This document shows, piece after piece, positions 30,560 to 40,025 of a stretch of DNA of 64,000 bases (the first letter of the stretch is position 1; every line of letters begins with the position of its first letter). The DNA lies in NCBI GenBank assembly GCA_016217965.1, contig JACRFI010000020.1, forward strand, positions 11,550-75,549, in the 5' to 3' direction. A model generated the notes under the pieces. That model ran no database searches and had not been told where the DNA came from. It worked only from the letters and a program-made list of their open reading frames with translations. This DNA comes from Candidatus Kaiserbacteria bacterium. Lineage in GTDB: Bacteria > Patescibacteriota > Minisyncoccia > Phycocordibacterales > UBA2100. The translations under genes and the position numbers were made by a program.

Positions 30560-30901
30560 TCAAAGGTCTTTGCCGTTGTACGGCATTAAATTCAGTTTTG
30601 AGATATCGATGCTGTCGAGGCAGCGGACGTTGATGGCGACTTTCGGAAATGTGACGCCCTCTCCATATGACTGCACGCCGCACGTTTTGCAAAATAGGTG
30701 GCGGATCGCTTTCTTGTTGAACTTGTATTCCGTTAGGTTGCTTGCGCCAGAGAGCAGTTTGAACTTTTCTTTGTCGACGAAATCAAGGTAGAGCCCCTTT
30801 TTCTCGCAGTGTGAGCAGTTGCAATGGATTATCTTCTCCATGCTCGCCTCCACTTCGTACCGCACCGCGCCGCAATGGCATCCACCTGTGTATATTTTCA
30901 T
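30560..30901 (-). CDS. GFA-family (CENP-V/glutathione-dependent formaldehyde-activating-like) zinc protein
   Basis: GGCHCGAVRYE...CNCSHC...CKTCG Cys pattern. Confidence 0.7.
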   Translation of the reverse strand: MKIYTGGCHCGAVRYEVEASMEKIIHCNCSHCEKKGLYLDFVDKEKFKLLSGASNLTEYKFNKKAIRHLFCKTCGVQSYGEGVTFPKVAINVRCLDSIDISKLNLMPYNGKDL

Positions 30902-30973
30902 ATTTACTGTTACCTATCTTGCCGATATAGTATCTCACATGCGTTGGAATCGAAAGATGCTACAATTTAGCTT

Positions 30974-31477
30974 ATGAATGGACCGGACAACATGGATGCA
31001 GGCATGACTCGCAGAAGCGTCTTGAAAGGGGTGGTATCGTTGGGCACTCTGGCTGCGGCACCTTTTCTTTTTGCCGGCCTTGCGAATGCGCGTGATTGTA
31101 CTGGGAAGCGATGCGGGGACTGGAATATAAAACCAACCCCGACGCCACGAGAAAATCCGGAAGCCATAAAAAAGTTTAAGGATGATATGAATGCAGTCGT
31201 AAGTCAGCACACGAACATTCAGCAACTTTTTGAGGAAATGCTCGGCGCATACAAACTCGATGCAAAACGATTTTCGATAACAATGTCTCCGCCGGGTCGT
31301 GCCATCCAGTTCGTGATATCAGAGGGAGGAAAGGAAATAGACAGGTTCATTATAGCCACCAAGCAGTTGAGCATGGCATACGGCGTTAATGAGACTGATC
31401 CGCAACTCATCAACAAGAGAGGATTTCAAGTGCTATTTTTAATGGGATTGCAGGAACTTCGTTTGGAGAATAAGTAA
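30974..31477 (+). CDS. hypothetical exported protein with twin-arginine (Tat)-like signal peptide
   Basis: MTRRSVLKGVVSLGTLAAAPFLFAGLANA. Confidence 0.5.
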   Translation: MNGPDNMDAGMTRRSVLKGVVSLGTLAAAPFLFAGLANARDCTGKRCGDWNIKPTPTPRENPEAIKKFKDDMNAVVSQHTNIQQLFEEMLGAYKLDAKRFSITMSPPGRAIQFVISEGGKEIDRFIIATKQLSMAYGVNETDPQLINKRGFQVLFLMGLQELRLENK

Positions 31478-31631
31478 CGCAGGGGTGAAATAAGAGAAGG
31501 CGAGAGGATGAGTTCCAGTGCGCCCGTTGACGGGATGCGATTATCGTTTTGTAACGGTTCAATCAGTAACGCTACCTCGAAGGGGGCGTCATACACAGGA
31601 GAGATGAGTTATTCAATAACCTCTATTACAT

Positions 31632-32969
31632 ATGTCTAAAACACTCAGCACGCACACCGTGTACGGCATCGCCGTAGCGGCCTCTGTATTAGCCCTCCTG
31701 TTTGCCGCATATCTCGCGAGCGCGGAAACTGCGCCGACAATAACCACCGTAGTTCGCAACACGAACAATGCAACGACGACATCGGCGGCATTCGGATCAG
31801 TGGTGCATGCAGATGTGCTTGTTTCCTCGACGACGGCGCCCGTTGCGACGAGCACCGTAGATTTCTTTGTCTATTCGAACCAAACGTGCTCGGGAAATCC
31901 GTCCGTACAAAATAACGTGGCACTTGAGGGCGGGCGGGCGACGTCCGCAACGTCCACTGTTTCAGTCGACGGCATCTCGTACAAAGTGCACTACGACGGC
32001 GAATCAGGCGTGCACTCTGCCGCAGATGGCGAGTGTACAGCCGTAGTCGTAACCGGCCCGAACACCAGGATCCAAACAACACTCTCAACAACTTCAGTCG
32101 CAGTCCTCTCATCTGTCTTCGACACTGCGGTCCTCAGCGGCCACACACTCCACGCGAGCGGCACTGTCGCATACACCGTGTATTCAAACTCGGGCTGCTC
32201 TGCAAATCCACGAAGCGCAGGAGTAAAGACAGTGTCGGAGGGCGCTATCCCAAATTCCGATTCTCTCGCATTCAATTCGCCAGGCGCGTTCTATTGGCAG
32301 GCAGTCTATTCAGGAGATTTTCTGAACGCTGCTGCTACAAGCTCATGCACGAGCGAGATCCTGAATGTATTCGCGACATCGACGCCGCGCGGTCGCATCA
32401 CTGTGGATAAGGTGACAGTGCCTGAAGGAGACGCGACGAGCTTTCACTTCGACACCAGTGGCACAGGATACGCGGATTTCGATCTCACGGGCTCTTCGAC
32501 GCCGAACACGCAGGAACTTGCAGTCGGTACGTATCGCATTAACGAACAAAACAAGTCAGGATGGACGACATCTGCGATGTGCTCGAAGAATGGTGCGACA
32601 GCCACACAGTATTCGGAAGGCAGTAACATCAGCCTTGGCAATGGCGATGTTATCGTCTGTACATTCACAAACACGAAATCCACGACAACTCCTCCGAAAG
32701 ATAGGTGCGATAAAGACGATAACAACGACTACGACGGAGATGACGATTGTGACAAGTGCGGCAACAATGGACTTCACAAGGGTTGGTTCAAGAATGGCTT
32801 TCCGTTCGAGAACGGCTCTGTAAAGAAATTCATCAGAAGTCTTCCGGTTCCGACGAATGACAACGATGACGACGACGATGATGACGATGCAAAGCCTTCT
32901 GCAAAAGTAAAAGTGTCTGAAAACGATCGTAGGAGCGTCGAATGGAGGCTCCGAAATCGCAGCGACTAA
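31632..32969 (+). CDS. surface protein with repeated Ig-like domains and poly-Asp C-terminal tail
   Basis: Signal/TM anchor, repeated V(D/A)(F/Y)xVYSN(Q/S)(T/G)CS(G/A)NP modules, DDDDDDDD near C-terminus. Confidence 0.6.
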   Translation: MSKTLSTHTVYGIAVAASVLALLFAAYLASAETAPTITTVVRNTNNATTTSAAFGSVVHADVLVSSTTAPVATSTVDFFVYSNQTCSGNPSVQNNVALEGGRATSATSTVSVDGISYKVHYDGESGVHSAADGECTAVVVTGPNTRIQTTLSTTSVAVLSSVFDTAVLSGHTLHASGTVAYTVYSNSGCSANPRSAGVKTVSEGAIPNSDSLAFNSPGAFYWQAVYSGDFLNAAATSSCTSEILNVFATSTPRGRITVDKVTVPEGDATSFHFDTSGTGYADFDLTGSSTPNTQELAVGTYRINEQNKSGWTTSAMCSKNGATATQYSEGSNISLGNGDVIVCTFTNTKSTTTPPKDRCDKDDNNDYDGDDDCDKCGNNGLHKGWFKNGFPFENGSVKKFIRSLPVPTNDNDDDDDDDDAKPSAKVKVSENDRRSVEWRLRNRSD

Positions 32970-32986
32970 CCTTCCGTCGTGTTAGC

Positions 32987-33019
32987 CACAAAGTCCCGCC
33001 CTGCGGCCGGGACTTTGTG
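32987..33019 (+). terminator. GC-rich hairpin CACAAAGTCCCG...CGGGACTTTGTG
   Basis: 12-bp perfect stem 18 bp after surface-protein stop; no clear T-tract. Confidence 0.35.
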
Positions 33020-33110
33020 AGGTGCGGGTTTGGGAGTGTACGGTGGGGGCGTGCCTAATTGAGCCACATGCCTCTCCGTGTCGCGTGACGCATTAGGGTA
33101 TACTAACGCC

Positions 33111-33356
33111 ATGAAAAAACTTCCTGCGTGGACACATCGCTTTGTGATGCCGTTTTTTCTCACTCTGCTCATGACTGCATGCGTCTCGTTCATTGCGACG
33201 ATACACGTGGCGGGATTTGCAGGCATAGCCGAGCACTGGCTCAGTTCATGGCTCTGGTCGTGGGTTATCGCATATCCCGTCATCCTCGTCATCCTTCCCA
33301 TCGTGCGATGGATAGTCTCTCATGTTGTTGAGGAGCCGAAGGCACCGATGAAGTGA
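33111..33356 (+). CDS. small two-TM membrane protein
   Basis: MKKLPAWTHRFVMPFFLTLLMTAC...; hydrophobic. Confidence 0.5.
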   Translation: MKKLPAWTHRFVMPFFLTLLMTACVSFIATIHVAGFAGIAEHWLSSWLWSWVIAYPVILVILPIVRWIVSHVVEEPKAPMK

Positions 33357-33421
33357 GCGCGCCTTCATGAACATGTGTGGAAAGCCAAGCAAACCGCACA
33401 AGGGTCTGGTAGAGTGAAATT

Positions 33422-34351
33422 GTGAGAGGGAAGAAACTGGCAGTTGGTACAGGGGCAGCGCTTCTTTTGTGTTTTGTGCCCGTGTTTCTTTATGCAGAGG
33501 CGGATTCGACAGGCTCACCGCAGGCAACATCCACCGAAGCAACTACTACCGATGCAAGCGTATCGGAGAGCGCGACAGTGCCTGTTCCGGTTTCATTGCC
33601 AACGAATGATGGGATAGAGGCGAAAGTGCGCGAGTATTTTCCCGGCATCGACGTGATGGCGGATATCGCAAGGTGTGAATCGAGATTCCGGCAATATACG
33701 GACGCAGGGAACCCGCTACATGGCGGATATGGCGGCGCGATGATAGGTGTGTTCCAAATACACGAAACAGTACACGCCAAGTACGCGCAATCTCTCGGCA
33801 TGGATATTTACACCCTCGAAGGAAATCTTGCATACGCAAAGCGTCTGTATGAAAAAGAGGGAACGAATCCTTGGATATCGTCATTTAGTTGCTGGGGAAA
33901 ATCTTTACCTGATGCAGCGCCCGGTGATGAGAACTCGTCGCTTAGATCGACGCTGACAATGGGTGTAGTGAGTTCAGAAGTATTAACTCTGCAGAAAATG
34001 TTGAATGCAGCTGGATTCGCCGTTGCCACAGAAGGCCCGGGTTCTCCCGGGCAGGAAACGACGAAATTCGGCGCGCTGACGCGCGCCGCAGTGAGGAAAT
34101 TCCAATGCGCAAAGAATATCGCATGCTCGGGAGACGAATACACCACTGGATACGGATTAGTGGGTGGGAAGACACGTGTGGCACTTCTCGCGATTGCAGA
34201 TCAGCCAACTGTTGCTGCCACGCCCACACCGGCACCAGCGCAAACAACGAACGACGCGGAAATCGCGCGGTTACAAGCGCTTATTGCGGAACTTACGGCG
34301 CAACTTGCGGCGATACAGAAAAAACTTGCTGCAGGGCAAGTGGGGGCGTAG
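33422..34351 (+). CDS. secreted transglycosylase-like (Rpf/lysozyme-like) protein with peptidoglycan-binding domain and coiled-coil tail
   Basis: ARCES...GVFQIHE motif, PG_binding_1-like LQKMLNAAGF...TTKFGALTRAAVRKFQ; GTG start. Confidence 0.55.
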   Translation: MRGKKLAVGTGAALLLCFVPVFLYAEADSTGSPQATSTEATTTDASVSESATVPVPVSLPTNDGIEAKVREYFPGIDVMADIARCESRFRQYTDAGNPLHGGYGGAMIGVFQIHETVHAKYAQSLGMDIYTLEGNLAYAKRLYEKEGTNPWISSFSCWGKSLPDAAPGDENSSLRSTLTMGVVSSEVLTLQKMLNAAGFAVATEGPGSPGQETTKFGALTRAAVRKFQCAKNIACSGDEYTTGYGLVGGKTRVALLAIADQPTVAATPTPAPAQTTNDAEIARLQALIAELTAQLAAIQKKLAAGQVGA

Positions 34352-34447
34352 ATACTCTGGGCATTGCCAGCAAATAATCTTTACGAGGTGTGCTATACCC
34401 CCACACTAACTTTTCGCGAAAAGTTAGTGTGGGGGTATACTCCGTGT

Positions 34448-35032
34448 ATGGCTAAAACGCTCACCGCTATATTTGTTGTCGCACTTATCATTATCACGGG
34501 ATTTTTCTTCTTCAATAATTACATCTACGAAGAGAAGCAAGCCGATGCCGCAGAGAATTATCGCGACGTAGAATTCGTTATCTCCGGGGAGCGCGTGAAG
34601 CTTGTAAACGGCGTTGCGCAGACGGAAACAGCGTTCGGCCAAGCTTCGAAAACGACGGTGCGCTATTTCGGGAATGAAGCGAAAGGCGATCTGAGCGGGG
34701 ACCTGGTCCCGGACATTGCGTTTCTTATCACACAGGAAACCGGCGGGAGCGGTACGTTCTTCTATCTCGTTGGTGCAATTCAAAATGCACATGGTACGTA
34801 CACTGGTACCGAAGCCGTTCTCATAGGCGACAGGATCGCGCCGCAAACGACTGAGTACCGCAGTTTTTCGGGCATACCCGGTGGATACCTTATTGTGAAT
34901 TACGCCGAGCGGGCGCCGGGAGAGCCGATGACTGCGCGGCCTTCCGTAGGAAAAAGCATCTGGCTCAAACTTGATCCCAAGGCAATGCAATTCGGGGAGC
35001 TTGTGCAAAATTTTGAGGGTGAAGCGCGATGA
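34448..35032 (+). CDS. hypothetical membrane-anchored protein
   Basis: MAKTLTAIFVVALIIITGFFFF N-terminal TM. Confidence 0.5.
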   Translation: MAKTLTAIFVVALIIITGFFFFNNYIYEEKQADAAENYRDVEFVISGERVKLVNGVAQTETAFGQASKTTVRYFGNEAKGDLSGDLVPDIAFLITQETGGSGTFFYLVGAIQNAHGTYTGTEAVLIGDRIAPQTTEYRSFSGIPGGYLIVNYAERAPGEPMTARPSVGKSIWLKLDPKAMQFGELVQNFEGEAR

Positions 35033-35075
35033 GCTCGACAAAATTATAAAGAAAGATGCATAATCGCGTAAACGT

Positions 35076-35318
35076 ATGAGAGGAAAAGCCCAATGCGAGA
35101 GTTGCCTGATGCCGCTTGATGCTGACTCGGGGCCGCGAGAGTCGGAGAAATATTGCAGCTACTGTTTCCGCAACGGGAAATTAACGTACGAGGGGACTGA
35201 TGTAACAGAATTCACGAGATTGGCGTATGAGGGCATGCGGAAACAAGGTATGAACATTTTTAAAGCGTGGTTTTTTGCGCGGATGATACGGTACGCGCCG
35301 CGATGGAGGGGTAGGTAA
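35076..35318 (+). CDS. putative zinc-ribbon domain protein
   Basis: CESCLMPL...YCSYCF Cys4 arrangement. Confidence 0.55.
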   Translation: MRGKAQCESCLMPLDADSGPRESEKYCSYCFRNGKLTYEGTDVTEFTRLAYEGMRKQGMNIFKAWFFARMIRYAPRWRGR

Positions 35319-35332
35319 ATCTCTACGCGGGT

Positions 35333-35593
35333 ATGGAAGAGCGCTTACAGAAAATCGAAGAGGAACTGCAGACCATTAAGGCGAGGAACGCACGAGTGGA
35401 AACTGATAAGGCGTGGGAAACGAGCGCTATTCGTACGACCATCCTTGCTGTCATTACGTTCTGCGTAACCGCAATAGCGCTATTCATCGTAAAGAACGAG
35501 AATGCGATGCGCGATGCGCTGATTGCTACGGTAGGATTTGTTTTCTCGACTCTGTCGCTCTCGTTCGTGAAGCGACGCTGGATGCAGAGATAA
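35333..35593 (+). CDS. small coiled-coil + TM protein
   Basis: MEERLQKIEEELQTIKARNARVE then two hydrophobic segments. Confidence 0.45.
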   Translation: MEERLQKIEEELQTIKARNARVETDKAWETSAIRTTILAVITFCVTAIALFIVKNENAMRDALIATVGFVFSTLSLSFVKRRWMQR

Positions 35594-35594
35594 T

Positions 35595-36137
35595 ATGAAG
35601 CCCACTCGTGAAGAAGCACAGGCGCTTTTGGAAAGCCACGTAAAGGACGAATACCAGCGGTACCACGCGCTGATGACTGGGACTGCCGTGGCAGGATATG
35701 GTGAGATGTTCGGCGAGAACTCGGATCTTTCGTACGTGACAGGACTTCTCCACGATATCGATTTCGAAGAGCATCCGGATAAACATCCTGGGGAATCCTT
35801 GAAGTGGTTCAAGGAATGGGATTACCCGGAAGAATTAATTCACGCAGTCGAGGCACATGCGTATGGCTACAACGGATTCACGATACTGCCGCAAACAAAA
35901 CTTGCAGCGGCCTTGATGGCGTGTGACGAAATGTGCGGCATATTTTACGCGTATCGGAAATTGAATCCTGTTCCATTCGGTGAGATGAAAGCGAGCTCCG
36001 TCAAGAAGCGGTTCAATGAGCCGAGGTTCGCGGCGAAGATCGAGCGAGGCACGATAACTCGCGGGTGTGAGGCGCTAGGAGTTGATATAGATTCGCATAT
36101 TGCGAATCTCGTACGGTTTCTTGCACCACTTGCTTGA
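35595..36137 (+). CDS. HD-domain phosphohydrolase
   Basis: GLLHDIDFEEHPDKH HD motif. Confidence 0.7.
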   Translation: MKPTREEAQALLESHVKDEYQRYHALMTGTAVAGYGEMFGENSDLSYVTGLLHDIDFEEHPDKHPGESLKWFKEWDYPEELIHAVEAHAYGYNGFTILPQTKLAAALMACDEMCGIFYAYRKLNPVPFGEMKASSVKKRFNEPRFAAKIERGTITRGCEALGVDIDSHIANLVRFLAPLA

Positions 36138-36139
36138 GC

Positions 36140-36835
36140 CTATTCGATTCCTACGAGGCGTGTGTATACGACAAGCCTGTGGTCATACGTGCCGCGAGAG
36201 CGAATATATGTTCCCGCGCATGTGATGAGATTGAGGTCTGATGTATCTGTCTCGCGGATAAGGGAGCTTATGTTCATACCAGCGAGTGGATACTCGCTTC
36301 GATCAAAAACTAGAAAATGCATTTTCTTGCCGCTCGCGGTCGTGACGTAGATATCGGCGCCTGGCGCGACATTCTTGAGGTCTTTGAAGGCGGCGTACAC
36401 GTGCGCATCCATGACTGCACTTCCTATCTCGCCCGGCGCGCTTCCATGTTTGTACCAGCCGACGTAGTTTGAATTTCCCGGTGGCACGTCGATCTCCCGT
36501 TTCGCATTGACGCCGACGGGAACGATTGGAGCATCAAGCCCAATAGAAGGGATCTCGATGCGTGTGGGGTAGTCAAAGTAATTTTGGTCTCTTTTTTCGA
36601 CGAGCGTTTTTATTTCTTGGAGCGTGTTGGAGTTCAAGTTCTTGCCGGATGTATTGGGGAGGAGCGGAAACTCGGCCGCAAGCGCTCGGAGCGATGCGTT
36701 CGCAACGCTGAAGAGCAAGTTCAAGACAATGACCGCCGTGCATACGGTGATGAGGGGGATAGACGCCAGCGCACATGATTTCAACATGAAGCTCTCGCAT
36801 TGTAGGAGGATGCGTGAAAAATAAAAGCGGGACAA
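36140..36835 (-). CDS. sortase family transpeptidase
   Basis: N-terminal TM, LITCAGTY catalytic Cys motif, conserved His/Arg regions. Confidence 0.75.
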   Translation of the reverse strand: MSRFYFSRILLQCESFMLKSCALASIPLITVCTAVIVLNLLFSVANASLRALAAEFPLLPNTSGKNLNSNTLQEIKTLVEKRDQNYFDYPTRIEIPSIGLDAPIVPVGVNAKREIDVPPGNSNYVGWYKHGSAPGEIGSAVMDAHVYAAFKDLKNVAPGADIYVTTASGKKMHFLVFDRSEYPLAGMNISSLIRETDTSDLNLITCAGTYIRSRGTYDHRLVVYTRLVGIE

Positions 36836-37029
36836 TGATGGTTACGCAACGAATTGTGGTATTGTCCATTCATGAACGTTTGCTCGCTTGCGGGATTGTG
36901 CTTCGCCGGGTACGCGATTTTCTTGCTAGAAAATCGCTCGGCTTCGTATCTGGGTCGGCAGACGACGCGCTGCGGAGCCCCTCTGAAACACAATCCCTCT
37001 CGCTCGCTCGATAATTAACAGACTTTTAT

Positions 37030-38142
37030 ATGCCAAGGGTTCACCTCGCAAATACAGAGAATGCGGACATGTATTACCTCATCGGGACGCGGATTCCGGA
37101 CCCGTTCTTCTTTCTGGAAGTGGAGGGGAAGAGGACTGCCATATTGAATGCGCTTGAGATAGGTGCATTCAAGGAGCACGCGGACCCATCGGTGGATGCA
37201 GTTCCGCTTGAACCATTCCTGACCGACGCCAGAATGATCGGCGGCACGCAGAATCGCCTATGCAAACTGGCTCTTGTTGTATTCGAAAAATACGGGCTCA
37301 TGAAAAAGGAGGTGGCCGTGCCTCGCGCGTTTCCTCTGGATGTAGCCGATGCGTTGCGGGAGGCGGGGGCGAGACTCATCGTGCAGCACCTGTTCCTTCC
37401 GGAGAGAAGAATAAAAACAAAAACGGAAATAGGATACATCAGAGAAAACCTGGAGTCGACAAAGGTTGCATTCTCATATATCGAAGAAACACTTCGGAAC
37501 TCAGAAATAGATGGATCAAGGATCATGCATCGCGGGAAGGAATTGACGAGTGAATTTTTGAAAGAGGAAGTCGAGAAGGTGCTGTTCGACCTGAAGTTGG
37601 ACGATGTCGAGGGGATGATAATTTCATCGGGGGCCCAAGCAGCGATGCCGCACCACAAGGGAAAGGGAGCGATTTTGCCGAATACGACGATCATTTGCGA
37701 TATCTTTTTTCGCAACAGGCGGAATCAGTACTTTGGCGACATGACGCGAACATATGTGAAGGGAATGGCGAGCGAAACCGTGATGCGGATGCATGCGGCT
37801 GTTTCGCGTGCGCAAGATGCGGCGTTCGCAGCTTTGAAACCCGGAGCGAGTGCGAAGAGCGTATTTGAAGCATCAGCACATGCGATACGCGAAGCAGGAT
37901 TCGATGTCGGAGAAAAAGGATACATCCATTCTCTTGGGCACGGGCTGGGTTTGGAGCTGCACGAGGCACCGAATGCATCGCCACATTCCACCGAGACACT
38001 CGTTCCGGGCAACGTTATCACTGTTGAACCTGGATTGTACTATCCTCAAGACGGCGGCGTTCGGATCGAAGATGTTGTCGTTGTTACGGAAAGAGGATAC
38101 GAGAATCTCACTGATCATCCGCGAGACTTGATAATCCCGTAA
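37030..38142 (+). CDS. M24-family Xaa-Pro aminopeptidase/dipeptidase
   Basis: HSLGHGLGLELHEAP, EPG, EDVV motifs. Confidence 0.85.
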   Translation: MPRVHLANTENADMYYLIGTRIPDPFFFLEVEGKRTAILNALEIGAFKEHADPSVDAVPLEPFLTDARMIGGTQNRLCKLALVVFEKYGLMKKEVAVPRAFPLDVADALREAGARLIVQHLFLPERRIKTKTEIGYIRENLESTKVAFSYIEETLRNSEIDGSRIMHRGKELTSEFLKEEVEKVLFDLKLDDVEGMIISSGAQAAMPHHKGKGAILPNTTIICDIFFRNRRNQYFGDMTRTYVKGMASETVMRMHAAVSRAQDAAFAALKPGASAKSVFEASAHAIREAGFDVGEKGYIHSLGHGLGLELHEAPNASPHSTETLVPGNVITVEPGLYYPQDGGVRIEDVVVVTERGYENLTDHPRDLIIP

Positions 38143-38214
38143 CTGTGAGTAACTCACTGTACAGCGCGAAACGCGTGTTATCCTTTGTCCATTAATTACA
38201 AGTAGCCTATTACT

Positions 38215-38601
38215 ATGGGTTCACTCATGCTGCCGCAATTACTAGGTTTATATTTTCTCATCATTGGCGTCATTGTCGTTGCGCGCCGCGCATCGGTCAT
38301 GCCCGCGATATCGCAACTTGCTGCGAATCGTCCGTTGATGCTCGTCATTGGACTTGCTGAGCTTCTGGCAGGACTCGCGATCGTCATCACATCAGCCAGG
38401 GTTGCATTCAGTGTGGAGGGGGCAATCGCCCTCATCGGGTGGATACTTATTATCGAAGGCGTACTATACGTCGCCATGCCAGCGAAGGCAGTGCAGCGGT
38501 TCGTGAAGTCGTTCAACAAACAGGAATGGTACGTTTCTGGCGGCCTTGTTTCTATTGTCTTGGGTGCATATCTTGCTGGCGCCGGTTTTGGAATGTTCTA
38601 A
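38215..38601 (+). CDS. hypothetical multi-TM membrane protein
   Basis: four hydrophobic segments. Confidence 0.5.
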   Translation: MGSLMLPQLLGLYFLIIGVIVVARRASVMPAISQLAANRPLMLVIGLAELLAGLAIVITSARVAFSVEGAIALIGWILIIEGVLYVAMPAKAVQRFVKSFNKQEWYVSGGLVSIVLGAYLAGAGFGMF

Positions 38602-39445
38602 GCTCCAGCCAGGCTCCTATTTTTCTCTCGGCTCGCGCCAAGAGCGAGTTGTATTCTTTTAGTTTCTTTCTGATCTCAGGAATTGACTGAATTGCCGCTC
38701 GGTACCCCTCTTTTTGAAGATTGTCGGCGTGTCCGAAATCGGAACCAGAAAATCGAGAAAGATTTGGCTCGATGAGAATATCTGCAAGTTCCGTAACATA
38801 CACATCGCGAACCCGAGAGAGAATCGACATGGAGCGCACCAGGATGTCGCGGACATTTTTGGGGCGGAATTTTGGTAAGGGAGATGAAAGATGCACGCCT
38901 ATGGTGATATCCGCTCCCATTTCTTTCAACGTGTGTATTGGCAGCCGTTCTGCTATGCCGCCATCGACGTAATACGTTCCCTCTATCTCGACCGGCGTGA
39001 ATGCCCCAGGTATCGCAGTCGATGCACGGACGGCGGGCGCGAGCGGTCCCTCTCGGAAAACTTTCCTCTCTCCTGTCTCGATGTCTGTTGCGACAATGGC
39101 GAGAGGGATTTTTGCTTTTTCTATGAGAGATGTGCCGAGCTCTTTCTCGATCAGCTCTTGAAGAAGCAAATTTGTTGAGATGCCGAATTTTGAGAATGTG
39201 AATTTCGAAATTGTTTTCCATGTGATCGAGCGAGATATCTCCTCCATCCGCTGTACAGGTATGCCAAATGCGAAAAATGCTGCAGCGAGTGCGCCCGCAC
39301 TTGTTCCCGCGACACAGTCAATTTGAATATCGGCTTCCGCAAGCGCCTTCAGCGCACCGATATGTGCCATTCCCCATGCAGAGCCGCCGGAGAGAGCGAG
39401 TCCGACGGTTGGCGCGTGTTTGGAACGTTTTTTGGGAGCGGTCAT
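38552..39445 (-). CDS. patatin-like phospholipase
   Basis: GLALSGGSAWGMAHIGALKAL, GTSAG serine motif, DGG. Confidence 0.85.
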   Translation of the reverse strand: MTAPKKRSKHAPTVGLALSGGSAWGMAHIGALKALAEADIQIDCVAGTSAGALAAAFFAFGIPVQRMEEISRSITWKTISKFTFSKFGISTNLLLQELIEKELGTSLIEKAKIPLAIVATDIETGERKVFREGPLAPAVRASTAIPGAFTPVEIEGTYYVDGGIAERLPIHTLKEMGADITIGVHLSSPLPKFRPKNVRDILVRSMSILSRVRDVYVTELADILIEPNLSRFSGSDFGHADNLQKEGYRAAIQSIPEIRKKLKEYNSLLARAERKIGAWLELRTFQNRRQQDMHPRQ

Positions 39446-39478
39446 GCATGGATGGTAGCATTTTGTTACTATGGGCTG

Positions 39479-39973
39479 ATGCTGAAATATATAGTCATAG
39501 GAATCTCGGTATGTTTTCTCCTAGTGGGCGGTTGGTATTGGCTGGGTTCAAATGGCACGCCAACGGTGCAACAAGAATTAGACGTGCGCTTTGGCTTCAT
39601 CAGAGGGGTGCAGAGGAATGGAGGATATGCGCTCATATTCGACCCTGCTCGGTGGCTCGCAGGGAAAGAGGGGGAGGACGCTGCGATAGCGGCAGGGCTG
39701 TGCACCGAAACGACGCGGACAGAATGCCTCCCGAATGATTTTTTCATTCTGAACGATGCAACCTCGACAGAGACGCTTGCAATAGCCGCTGAACCCGTTA
39801 TCGCAATGCAGACGTTAGAGATGGAGAAAGAGGGTATAAAAGAAACACAAATATCGCTTGAAGAATTCACGCGCCTCATAGGGGATGGGTCGCAGAGCTG
39901 GACTAAAGTCCCATACCAGCTTCTCGTGGAGGGTGGGCAGGTGACAATAATAGAAGAAGTGTACGTTCCATAG
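39479..39973 (+). CDS. hypothetical membrane-anchored protein
   Basis: MLKYIVIGISVCFLLVGGWYWL TM anchor. Confidence 0.45.
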   Translation: MLKYIVIGISVCFLLVGGWYWLGSNGTPTVQQELDVRFGFIRGVQRNGGYALIFDPARWLAGKEGEDAAIAAGLCTETTRTECLPNDFFILNDATSTETLAIAAEPVIAMQTLEMEKEGIKETQISLEEFTRLIGDGSQSWTKVPYQLLVEGGQVTIIEEVYVP

Positions 39974-40025
39974 CGGCAATATTGCACTGTTGCGCACAAG
40001 TGCCACTTTGGGATAGAGTCTCGCG

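Noticed and set aside
30501-30791. ORF 30501..30791(+) antisense to the GFA-family gene
   Set aside because: The GFA gene on the minus strand has the diagnostic CHCG/Cys pattern; the plus-strand frame has none.
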